Source: an uncultured virus (IMG/VR IMGVR_UViG_3300046171_000308)
Lineage: Duplodnaviria > Heunggongvirae > Uroviricota > Caudoviricetes
IMG/VR virus record: IMGVR_UViG_3300046171_000308
Strand: one strand, 5' to 3'
Length of the DNA: 64,000 bases
Below the pieces are notes generated by a model, which worked only from the letters and a program-made list of their open reading frames with translations, was not told where the DNA came from and ran no database searches. Within the stretch, counting starts at the first letter, position 1. Every line of letters starts with the position of its first letter. The position numbers and the translations under genes are program-made. Positions 28,619-36,937 of the stretch are shown here, piece after piece.

Positions 28619-28885
28619 TTAAAGTTCACGCTTCGGTTCGATGTCCCAATTGATAGCAATGAGTCCATTGTGGCTCTCTGCTGTCCAATCATCGTCAACA
28701 TTGTCGTAATTACCCACTGCCCCGCATCCTTTGCACGGGGTTTCATTGCGTATTGTGTGCTTACCTGGAATAAATCCAGTCATTTGCACAGCACCGCAGA
28801 TATGGGTCGCTTTTCCTTCATCGTCTTCCTTTAATGTCTCAAAACAAATAATTTTCATTCTGTTTACCTCTCTAATTTGAACCAA
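28619..28885 (-). CDS. Small Cys-containing protein
   Basis: 88-aa ORF with HICG and PCKGCG. Confidence 0.6.
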   Translation of the reverse strand: MVQIREVNRMKIICFETLKEDDEGKATHICGAVQMTGFIPGKHTIRNETPCKGCGAVGNYDNVDDDWTAESHNGLIAINWDIEPKREL

Positions 28886-28967
28886 GCCTCCCTACCCCCG
28901 AAAGAGTAGGAATCAGGCAATAACCCTCGGGTTATAGTTCTAAATATGCAAGCAGTCCGCTTTCTGG

Positions 28968-29354
28968 TTATTGTTTCTCGACTTCGCAGCCAAGAATTTC
29001 GGCAATTTCCTCAATAGCCTGCCAAACATCCTTTAAGTTTGCTTGGTTTTGGCTAATGATGGCTTGTAATACTTCCCGTAAATATAGGAAGTTATCGTCG
29101 TTAATTGCATCGTTGTTTTGAATTAATAAATCAAGCTTTTCAAGTCGTTTTTCTGACTCGCTTCTAATCTTGTTCATTCTCTTCAATGTATCATTTTCCA
29201 GGCAGATGACATTTCTGTCAATCTTTGCTTGCTTTGCTTTCATAATTTTCATGCGCAATTCATAGTACATATGACAAAATACTAGTATGGCTATTGCAGC
29301 CGGTCCTAATTCAGTCAGTCCTTGAAGCGCTATTTCTAAAATTGTGTTTAACAT
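28968..29354 (-). CDS. Membrane-anchored coiled-coil protein
   Basis: N-terminal hydrophobic helix followed by a coiled coil. Confidence 0.7.
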   Translation of the reverse strand: MLNTILEIALQGLTELGPAAIAILVFCHMYYELRMKIMKAKQAKIDRNVICLENDTLKRMNKIRSESEKRLEKLDLLIQNNDAINDDNFLYLREVLQAIISQNQANLKDVWQAIEEIAEILGCEVEKQ

Positions 29355-29459
29355 AATATCTAATCACACTAAAAAGCCCCCCGGAAGGCCGAAACCTTCC
29401 AAGGGGCAGTTATAGCCCGCAGGCTATATTAGTTCATAATTAATTGCTTATCGACTATT

Positions 29460-29795
29460 TCAAAAGTTTTTTCCGCTTCCTAGAAACTGCTTCTTAGGTA
29501 AGCTAACTTCTTCAGTTCTACCTAGCATATCTTCAATCGTTTTTCTGATATCAGATGCATCGGTTATCTTTGTCTCACAAACAAAGTCAGTCCCCAAGCC
29601 GTTAATAACTCTGATATACATAATCGAGTCATTATCGTTCCACTTGGTAAAAACTGTATTTTCAACAGTTTCTGACATTTGTACAGATACTTTTCCATGT
29701 GACTGGTCTCTGTTTTTTGTAATTGGTTTGTTCAATAGTTCTTGCAATTTTTTTCGGGACCCGCTTCTAAAATACGGGTATTCTGCTCTTGGCAT
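29460..29795 (-). CDS. Hypothetical protein
   Basis: 111-aa ORF, first gene downstream of motif copy 4. Confidence 0.7.
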   Translation of the reverse strand: MPRAEYPYFRSGSRKKLQELLNKPITKNRDQSHGKVSVQMSETVENTVFTKWNDNDSIMYIRVINGLGTDFVCETKITDASDIRKTIEDMLGRTEEVSLPKKQFLGSGKNF

Positions 29796-29867
29796 TCTTT
29801 ATCCTCCTAATGATGGCGGGGGCATGTTTCTGATAAGAAACGTGATGGGGTAATGACGCCCCCGCCT

Positions 29868-29900
29868 TCATATTGTAGCGCTTCTGAAGGTAGTACTACT
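29868..29900 (-). promoter_or_regulatory. Bipartite motif copy 4, heading the long leftward gene block
   Basis: TCATATTGTAGCGC 29868-29881 and GTAGTACTACT 29890-29900; followed by a GGCGGGGGC/GCCCCCGCC hairpin. Confidence 0.75.
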
Positions 29901-29903
29901 AAA

Positions 29904-30224
29904 TCACGCTGATATAGCTTCTTTTTGCTCTACAACAACCCAGCCCTCTGCTGGATTAGGCAAAATAGACTTCTGACCCAAAGACCAGTAGGAAACAGTC
30001 TCGTTTGAGCCTACTTTGCGCTCAGTATATTGCCAAATAAACTGTGGGCGCTTTCTAAGTAGATTAATTAGCCTAGCAGAGCTAATACCGTTCTTATCTT
30101 GTGAGTTATACCAGTTTTTAATCTGATGAAAGGACAAAGCATCTACTTCTCGCTCTTCAGCATATACTTTGAAACACTTTTCGATATTACTTACGATTCT
30201 CTTGAATTTAGCCATTTTTTTCAC
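29904..30224 (-). CDS. Small winged-helix-like protein
   Basis: LSFHQIKNWYN...GISSARLINLLRKRPQF. Confidence 0.55.
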   Translation of the reverse strand: MKKMAKFKRIVSNIEKCFKVYAEEREVDALSFHQIKNWYNSQDKNGISSARLINLLRKRPQFIWQYTERKVGSNETVSYWSLGQKSILPNPAEGWVVVEQKEAISA

Positions 30225-30493
30225 TCTTTATTTACCAGGGTATGTTGATATTCGTTAAGAATACGGGCTAAAGTTTCCCATGTAGACTCATTATTGAGTT
30301 TAAATTCCCGTAATCGTTGAATATCATACTTACGGACACGAATTGCACTCATAGATTCTGCAGTGCCCATGCTACGTGCACCTTCATCGTGCATATAAGT
30401 ATTATGACAACATACATAGTCATAATACCAACACTTAGGTTTAAGGTCAGAGCGAAGCCATCGTATAATCATGGCAGAGAAGCAAACCTTCAC
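30221..30493 (-). CDS. Small RHH/antitoxin-like DNA-binding protein (true start probably internal, MGTAES)
   Basis: SAIRVRKYDIQRLREFK..ESTWETLARIL pattern. Confidence 0.5.
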   Translation of the reverse strand: MKVCFSAMIIRWLRSDLKPKCWYYDYVCCHNTYMHDEGARSMGTAESMSAIRVRKYDIQRLREFKLNNESTWETLARILNEYQHTLVNKE

Positions 30494-30935
30494 CTATTAT
30501 TTGACTATTGATGTAGAAGCAATGAACGAAGATTCAGCAATGAAAAAACTAGAAGGGTGGGTAGAACCTACTCTAGCTCTTAAGAAAAACTCAGACCTAG
30601 AGCTGACTTCAGTTGAGTACGATGAACCAGAAGAAGACGAAGAGACCCCAGAAGCAGAGGCAAAACCATCCATTGTTCAAAGTGCAATGAAGAAAAAGGC
30701 ACGACCAGAACTAAAAATACCACCAAAGGATGATTTTGACTATGATAATATTCCAGACTGGGACGAGCTAGGCGAAGAAGAAGAACCCGCTAAGAAAGCT
30801 GAGGTCATAGACTTGAGCGAAGAAGATGATTTGGATTCTTTGTTATCATCTCTAGATGACGACGAAGAAGAGGAAGCAGAAGACTCAGATGATGACGATG
30901 ATGACTGGGACTGGGATGAAGATGGAGAATGGTGA
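30471..30935 (+). CDS. Highly acidic protein
   Basis: D/E-rich C-terminus; TATA-like TTTAAG about 25-30 nt upstream. Confidence 0.8.
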   Translation: MAEKQTFTYYLTIDVEAMNEDSAMKKLEGWVEPTLALKKNSDLELTSVEYDEPEEDEETPEAEAKPSIVQSAMKKKARPELKIPPKDDFDYDNIPDWDELGEEEEPAKKAEVIDLSEEDDLDSLLSSLDDDEEEEAEDSDDDDDDWDWDEDGEW

Positions 30936-31200
30936 TGTACCAGCTCCCTTTGCTACTGTTGCAATAATAAAAGACCATCATCTACAAGACTTAAACTTCC
31001 GCTTTGGCTTAGTTATGTTTGGTAGTATACTTATATGGATTTACTTAATGGTGGCATTTCTAATAAACGAACTAGTCCCCAGTGACCTCATATTTTTTGT
31101 CGGTGGCTTTTTCTTAATGTACCGAGCAGGTAAAATAAGCGATAAAATTTACGAAATAGAACAGTACATTGATGGTGAGGAAGTACTTGCCCTAGACTGA
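30856..31200 (+). CDS. Membrane protein (2 TM)
   Basis: Two hydrophobic helices; true start probably near 30915. Confidence 0.7.
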   Translation: MTTKKRKQKTQMMTMMTGTGMKMENGDVPAPFATVAIIKDHHLQDLNFRFGLVMFGSILIWIYLMVAFLINELVPSDLIFFVGGFFLMYRAGKISDKIYEIEQYIDGEEVLALD

Positions 31201-31463
31201 TGCACTACCTAATGCCACTTCATGAAATCCTTTCCAAAGCGGATGAGGACACGATAATGAATGCATTATCAATTACCAAAGAAGAGCTTCCCAATTTAAT
31301 CTACGAGGACGCAGCTTTGCAGCATTTAAGAATTCAGGGAACAGAAACCCCGGTTAATTCAGTCGTAAAGATTACAATTGTTCGTAGTAAATATGACGAC
31401 ACTGATTCTGATGACCCCGCTGATAGGACACGTGTCAGATATAGGGTAATTAAGAGGGTTTGA
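31200..31463 (+). CDS. rpoH: RNA polymerase subunit Rpo5/RpoH (Rpb5 C-terminal domain)
   Basis: HYLMPLHEILS...ITKEELPNL..ED...VVKITIVRS...RYRVI matches the HxLVPxHEIL..LPxI...DP..IIKIxRxS..YYRxV pattern. Confidence 0.8.
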   Translation: MHYLMPLHEILSKADEDTIMNALSITKEELPNLIYEDAALQHLRIQGTETPVNSVVKITIVRSKYDDTDSDDPADRTRVRYRVIKRV

Positions 31464-31464
31464 T

Positions 31465-31902
31465 ATGGAGTACGAAGTTTGGACAGACGGAAGCTGCATA
31501 AAAGAAGACTCGAGAGATAGCAAAGGCGAATGTGGCTCTGGATATGTTATTGTAGACAAAGATACTGGTAATATTCTACACCTACACGGTGAGTACATAG
31601 GCGTAACCACTAATAATATGGCAGAGTTTGTAGCCGTTGAATTAGCATTAGAAGACCTAGTAGCTCGAAACCTAGGGCCTTCAGTACATATCAAAATAGT
31701 GAGCGATTCTAAAATGGTAGTAGAAGGTTTATCCGATAACTATAACATAAGAGAACCGGGTCTCAAAAGTATAATTAAGAGAATAAGAGTATTAGAGGAT
31801 AAACTCAAAGGAGTGCACCAATACCAATGGGTAAAGGCCCATGTAGGGACAGAGCTGAATGAAATAGCCGATTATTTAGCATACACAGCAGCGAGAGGAT
31901 GA
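31465..31902 (+). CDS. rnhA: Ribonuclease HI
   Basis: VWTDGS, TNNMAE, IVSDS, WVKAHVG..LNEIAD. Confidence 0.95.
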   Translation: MEYEVWTDGSCIKEDSRDSKGECGSGYVIVDKDTGNILHLHGEYIGVTTNNMAEFVAVELALEDLVARNLGPSVHIKIVSDSKMVVEGLSDNYNIREPGLKSIIKRIRVLEDKLKGVHQYQWVKAHVGTELNEIADYLAYTAARG

Positions 31903-31903
31903 T

Positions 31904-34900
31904 ATGGTTATTCAAGAGCCAACGACAATACCCCTAGTAAAGGGTTTTTCTTGGTTTTTCACAGAAGAAGAGCTGATTGTAGAAGGAAACAAAACCTTCG
32001 TGCAGTTTGACATAGACGGAGCTCAATGGTTACCAGCAAATCCAGGCGAAGCTTATAGATGGTATTTGTACTCACCTAATGCTGCTAGTATTAGAGCTAA
32101 AAGTGGCTTGTTACACATAGTTCAAGTCGCTAACATTTCTTATGCAGACACCGCTAGGGCTTTAGACGGAGAGCCAGAGCCAGCTGATTGGCTTTATACA
32201 GAAATGCTTGACATTTCTGAACGACTCGACTTAGAGCCAGAATATACTGGGTATGTTGTAGAAGGGCCTATCTCTGCTAAATTTTCAGTTTACCCAAGAC
32301 ATACTATTCACCCAAGCACCAAACAAGTTGGAGCAATCTACAGCAATATGATGAGCCGAGAAGAAATTGAAATGCTAAGTGGCGACAGGGTTATCCGCCA
32401 TGCCGATGTTTTAGAATCACAGCGACAAACTACAACTCAGTTGCCGGGCAAACCAAAACCTATTTTTGGCGGGGTTTCTGACTTAAGATTAGGTGCTACT
32501 ACCCCCGATGAAAACTGTATGACATGTGGTCTTCCAGCAGACCTAAAAGGCGAAAAAGAATACTCTTGCCCAGGACACTTCGGCAGAATTAACTTAGTTA
32601 CTCCTGTGCCTAATTATCTTTATCTTACAGGAGATATAGATAACTCTCCGTTAATTAAAACACTAAAGTATGTATGCCTAAACTGTAGCAAAGTTGTCTT
32701 GCCAGATGAATACTTGAACCCGTTAATTGAGCAGGCGAAAGAAGTAATGTATGAAAACGGGATGACAAGCCCGGATGGGTACAAGATAATTATGACTGCG
32801 CTAAATGATGCCTATAATGCATACTATGTAGAGCGAAAAAGAGACTTAGGCCCCTATCAGCTTACACAAGGAGGTCCAGTAGCAACTCCTTTGACTACTA
32901 AAGTAAATCACTGCCCGCACTGTAATGAATACTCTCCGATTCTTCAATTCAAGATGACCTTTGGTATGGGCCGCCGTGCAGAGTTTTTCCCCATGCAAGG
33001 AAAAAGACCACGTGACCAGTTCCCTAGGAGTCGACCGTATGCTTACGATGTAGTACATGCCGCACTCAGCGAAGTTCCAAACGACCATGCACTTGCTATG
33101 GCCTTTAATACTGAAATTGATACTTTAACCGACCAACCTCGTTCTCATCCTCGTTATTTCTTTTGGGAGGTATTCCCTATAGCACCTAATAGTATTAGGC
33201 CGCCTCAAGAGTCTCCTACCGGTGCATTGGAAACCAATGACTTAACTCAACTTTACGTAAATGTAGTAAAAGCAAATCAAGCACTAATGGACTTAGGGAC
33301 AGACTCACAAAAATTCAGACGAAGTGAATCTATCTTGTTTAAAGCCTGTACTCAAGCACTTAGTACACAAACCGCCTTCGGAACTCCGTCGGTAGCATTG
33401 CGTTTCGGGGGTAGCGGAACTACTACAGATGCGCTCAAAGGTGTGTATGATAGAATTAAACCCCCAGGTCAAGCTAAAAACCACATAAGAAGAATAAATC
33501 AATCTAAAGTAAGTGAACACACTATCTACTCAGTAATCACTCCTAACCCAGATTTACGTTTAGACGAAGTCGGCATTCCTCGCGGTGCATGTATTAGATT
33601 AACCGTAGCAGAGCAAGTAACGGCAGAGAATATTGAACGACTAAGAGATGCTGTCATTACTGGATATCCATATGAAAGAAGAGGTGCAGGCGGCCTAACC
33701 AAAGCTGATGAAAACCGATATTTTGGCGGAGCTAAATTTATTCAACAGGCAGGTAACAAGGCAAGGATTTCCTTAGAAGACGAACCGAACTCTCGTTATA
33801 ATCCTTTTAGAGTAGAGTATATCAAATCTCAATATCTAATGGAAAAGTATCAAGGCGATTCTAGTAAAATGATTAGACAAAAGGACCCAGAAGCTCTCAA
33901 TGTTTGGTATCAAGAGATTCTAAGAGGTATACGCGCTAGTTACCGCGGAGTTGAAGATAGGACAAATATGTATACTGCTATAGAAGAGGCAAAAAGAGAT
34001 TTCAAGTATGAATATGCCAAAGATAAGCGAAGAGGATTAGCTGCCGCATTAAAAATAGGTGACACAGTTCACCGAGGACTAAGAAGTGGGGATATGATTA
34101 TTTTTACTAGGGCACCAGCACTTCATCGTCAGAATGTTATGGCTGGTAAAGTACGACCTTTAGACCAAAAAGCAATTTCTTTCAATCCTACTATCTGCGT
34201 TCCTTTCAACGCTGACTATGATGGCGACACCATGAGATGTTTCGTACCACAATCACCAGAAGCTATCCAAGAATGTAAAGACATACTAGATGTAAATAAG
34301 CAAATTATGCACTCTAGGTATGGTAGACCTACTATTGCTTCTGACCAAGATGAAACATCAGGCGCTTACTTGCTTACCTTCCCTAACAAGTCTAAATTAA
34401 CCTACAAAGGAAAGGACGAAGACGGTAATGACATTACTATTACTTACAATGCTTATCAAAAGCTAGACAAAGACGAAAGAAAGAAGTTCAAAGGACCGCA
34501 TGGTACATTCGATGGAAGAATAGGCTACGACAAAAACGGTCACGTTTACTTTACCAAACAAGCCCTAATCGAAATGTTAGGTCTAGTTTATACAAGAGAT
34601 GACGAAGGTAATGTCAAGTATCTAACAGAATTACCAGAGCCTGATTTCAAAAAGTATTACACTGGTAAATCAGTAGTATCTATGTTTATCCCCGAAGGAA
34701 TCAACTGTGATTGGAAAGACTCAACTGGTGAAGAAGTGTCTATCCGCAATGGTCAACTACTCCGTGGAACATTAGACGCAAAGGGTGTAAAGAACGGCTC
34801 CATGGTTCTAGGTGCCGCCTTTATCTACCACTTTAACTATGAGTTAGGTATTAGAAAGCTAGCAGAATTTATTGACCACATTAACCGTCTATTTTTTGCT

Positions 34901-36937
34901 GCTCATCTGTATGTTGGTTACACAATAGGCATCGAAGATATTTCATTGTCTACTCCAGAGTTCTTAGAAAAGAAAACACAGCTATACAACGAAGCAAGTG
35001 AAAAGATAGAAGTCATTACAAAAGCATTTTTCAACAAAACTCTTGATGAGCTACCCGAAGAATACTTCGATGAGTTTTCCCGCCACTGGCTAACCTATGA
35101 CCCATACGGTTGGATGGAGTTTACTATCTCCAAAGTTACCGAAGACTTTGATGATGAGATAATCAAACTAACTAAAGAGCTCCAAGGCACAGCTAACCAA
35201 ATGAACATAGCCGTGGTTTCCGGTGCACGAGCTAAGAACCTAAACATACAGCAAATGTCCGGAGCTTATGGACAAGTGCGTGTAGGAGGAACAAGATTGC
35301 TCAGCGGGGCTAAGGTAGGCAGACTATTGTCTCATTACAAAGAAGGAGACTACTCTGGAGAAGCGTTTGCTTTCACTCCAGATTCTTACGCAGACGGGTT
35401 CCGCCCTGAGCATTATTTCTTAGCAAGCATTGCTGGTAGACGTTCAAATATGGAGTCTTCTATGGGGGCAATTCAAGATTCAGGATACTTAGAACATCGT
35501 CTGAAAAGAGCTTGTGAAAATTTAATGATAGACGAAAGAGGGTATCTAGTTAACCTGCGGTTAGGTAAAATTCTGTCTTTCCAAACTGGCGAAGATGGGC
35601 TTCAACCATTCCATGCGCGAGGGCCAGACAACAAAAATGGATATTCACTTTCACTTCAACCGCTATTCCTGGGACATGTCTGTAAGCACAATAAAACGCT
35701 ATTTGATAAATGTGACACATGTCAAGTACGTACACCTTACCGAAAAACGAGCAAACTTTCCCAGATACCGGCAAATATGAGAAATTCAATTTTATCCAAA
35801 CTAGAAGTGAGAGAAATAGAAGACCCGACAGCTCTGTTTAGTCGCGCACATGAGTATTACCAAGAAAGTAAAGCGCGACCAGGAGAAATGATTGGCGCGA
35901 CAGGAGCAGCTAACGTAGGAGAGCCAGTTACACAAGCAGGACTTAGAGCATTCCACGGAGGAGGTAAAGGAACTACCCCAACCATTGATAGAATTGTTCA
36001 GATATTAGACCTATCACAGTCTGAGATAGCTCAGCCTTCTACTAGATTTTACTTGTTACCAGAATACAACAACGAACAGGACGCCCAGCATCTTGCTAAT
36101 TTCTGCTCTACTCTTTACATGTCGGACATAACAAAACTAATCAAATACCAACCACAAGAAAGAGGGATAGATGTAATGCTTGATTATGATGTTATAGAAA
36201 CTTTTGAAATCGACCCAGAGTTTATTCTAAAACTTCTTTCGTTCAAGGGCAAAAAGGAGAAACCGAAATTTGATGTAACAGAGATAGAAGGTGGCTTAAG
36301 GATAAGAACGACCGATGTACCTGAATATATTGATATTGACTCTTACTTACTCGTCTTGCGAGAGTTTGTTGAGAAATATCAGATTCATGGCTTGATTAAT
36401 GGCGGGAGAGCATTTACTGATTTTAGCCCGCACCCAATGGGAGGGGAAGCTCGGTGGCAGGTTGTGGTTAACGGACCAGAGACTCCGTCCCCTGGACGAG
36501 CAAACCCAATGATGGAAAATGCTGCGGAGCTGATGGGACAATATTATGACGAAAGCCTAACCACTTCTAACGACCCGTTTTGGGCAGCTCATGAATATGG
36601 CTTAGAGGCAGCTTTAGCTTGTGTCAAGGAGATATTTAACAACCAGATGAATAGCGACAGTGGGCTAGGAGAACTTGATATTAGGTACATTGACGCACTC
36701 ATAGACAACATGGGTAGCACCGGCTATCTAGCTGGCCTAGCCAAGTCTGGACACATGGTTTCCAAGTCTACCTCTCTAATAGGTGGCATTGGTGGCGAAG
36801 ACCCTGGACTTTCTCTACGAGCTCACCCAATAATGGGAACAGTAGACCGGTTAGAGGGCATGGTAGAAGCAATAACCGCTGGTAAGGATTTAGTGATAGG
36901 CAAGGCCTATATCGAAAAGAAACTATCTAAAGAGTAA
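31904..36937 (+). CDS. rpo1: DNA-directed RNA polymerase largest subunit, fused A'+A'' (Rpo1/Rpb1-like), divergent
   Basis: CMTC..CPGHFGRINL zinc site, RAPALHR, catalytic NADYDGD, SGYLEHRL bridge helix, GEPVTQAGLRAFHGGG trigger loop. Confidence 0.95.
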   Translation: MVIQEPTTIPLVKGFSWFFTEEELIVEGNKTFVQFDIDGAQWLPANPGEAYRWYLYSPNAASIRAKSGLLHIVQVANISYADTARALDGEPEPADWLYTEMLDISERLDLEPEYTGYVVEGPISAKFSVYPRHTIHPSTKQVGAIYSNMMSREEIEMLSGDRVIRHADVLESQRQTTTQLPGKPKPIFGGVSDLRLGATTPDENCMTCGLPADLKGEKEYSCPGHFGRINLVTPVPNYLYLTGDIDNSPLIKTLKYVCLNCSKVVLPDEYLNPLIEQAKEVMYENGMTSPDGYKIIMTALNDAYNAYYVERKRDLGPYQLTQGGPVATPLTTKVNHCPHCNEYSPILQFKMTFGMGRRAEFFPMQGKRPRDQFPRSRPYAYDVVHAALSEVPNDHALAMAFNTEIDTLTDQPRSHPRYFFWEVFPIAPNSIRPPQESPTGALETNDLTQLYVNVVKANQALMDLGTDSQKFRRSESILFKACTQALSTQTAFGTPSVALRFGGSGTTTDALKGVYDRIKPPGQAKNHIRRINQSKVSEHTIYSVITPNPDLRLDEVGIPRGACIRLTVAEQVTAENIERLRDAVITGYPYERRGAGGLTKADENRYFGGAKFIQQAGNKARISLEDEPNSRYNPFRVEYIKSQYLMEKYQGDSSKMIRQKDPEALNVWYQEILRGIRASYRGVEDRTNMYTAIEEAKRDFKYEYAKDKRRGLAAALKIGDTVHRGLRSGDMIIFTRAPALHRQNVMAGKVRPLDQKAISFNPTICVPFNADYDGDTMRCFVPQSPEAIQECKDILDVNKQIMHSRYGRPTIASDQDETSGAYLLTFPNKSKLTYKGKDEDGNDITITYNAYQKLDKDERKKFKGPHGTFDGRIGYDKNGHVYFTKQALIEMLGLVYTRDDEGNVKYLTELPEPDFKKYYTGKSVVSMFIPEGINCDWKDSTGEEVSIRNGQLLRGTLDAKGVKNGSMVLGAAFIYHFNYELGIRKLAEFIDHINRLFFAAHLYVGYTIGIEDISLSTPEFLEKKTQLYNEASEKIEVITKAFFNKTLDELPEEYFDEFSRHWLTYDPYGWMEFTISKVTEDFDDEIIKLTKELQGTANQMNIAVVSGARAKNLNIQQMSGAYGQVRVGGTRLLSGAKVGRLLSHYKEGDYSGEAFAFTPDSYADGFRPEHYFLASIAGRRSNMESSMGAIQDSGYLEHRLKRACENLMIDERGYLVNLRLGKILSFQTGEDGLQPFHARGPDNKNGYSLSLQPLFLGHVCKHNKTLFDKCDTCQVRTPYRKTSKLSQIPANMRNSILSKLEVREIEDPTALFSRAHEYYQESKARPGEMIGATGAANVGEPVTQAGLRAFHGGGKGTTPTIDRIVQILDLSQSEIAQPSTRFYLLPEYNNEQDAQHLANFCSTLYMSDITKLIKYQPQERGIDVMLDYDVIETFEIDPEFILKLLSFKGKKEKPKFDVTEIEGGLRIRTTDVPEYIDIDSYLLVLREFVEKYQIHGLINGGRAFTDFSPHPMGGEARWQVVVNGPETPSPGRANPMMENAAELMGQYYDESLTTSNDPFWAAHEYGLEAALACVKEIFNNQMNSDSGLGELDIRYIDALIDNMGSTGYLAGLAKSGHMVSKSTSLIGGIGGEDPGLSLRAHPIMGTVDRLEGMVEAITAGKDLVIGKAYIEKKLSKE

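Noticed and set aside
19324..29900. CRISPR array or mini-array interpretation of the repeated motifs
   Set aside because: Copies are hundreds to thousands of bp apart with no regular spacers. The only Cas-like gene is a standalone Cas4/RecB-type nuclease.
33650..34050. Intein in the RNA polymerase insertion
   Set aside because: No Cys/Ser start, His-Asn end or LAGLIDADG motifs; treated as a lineage-specific insertion
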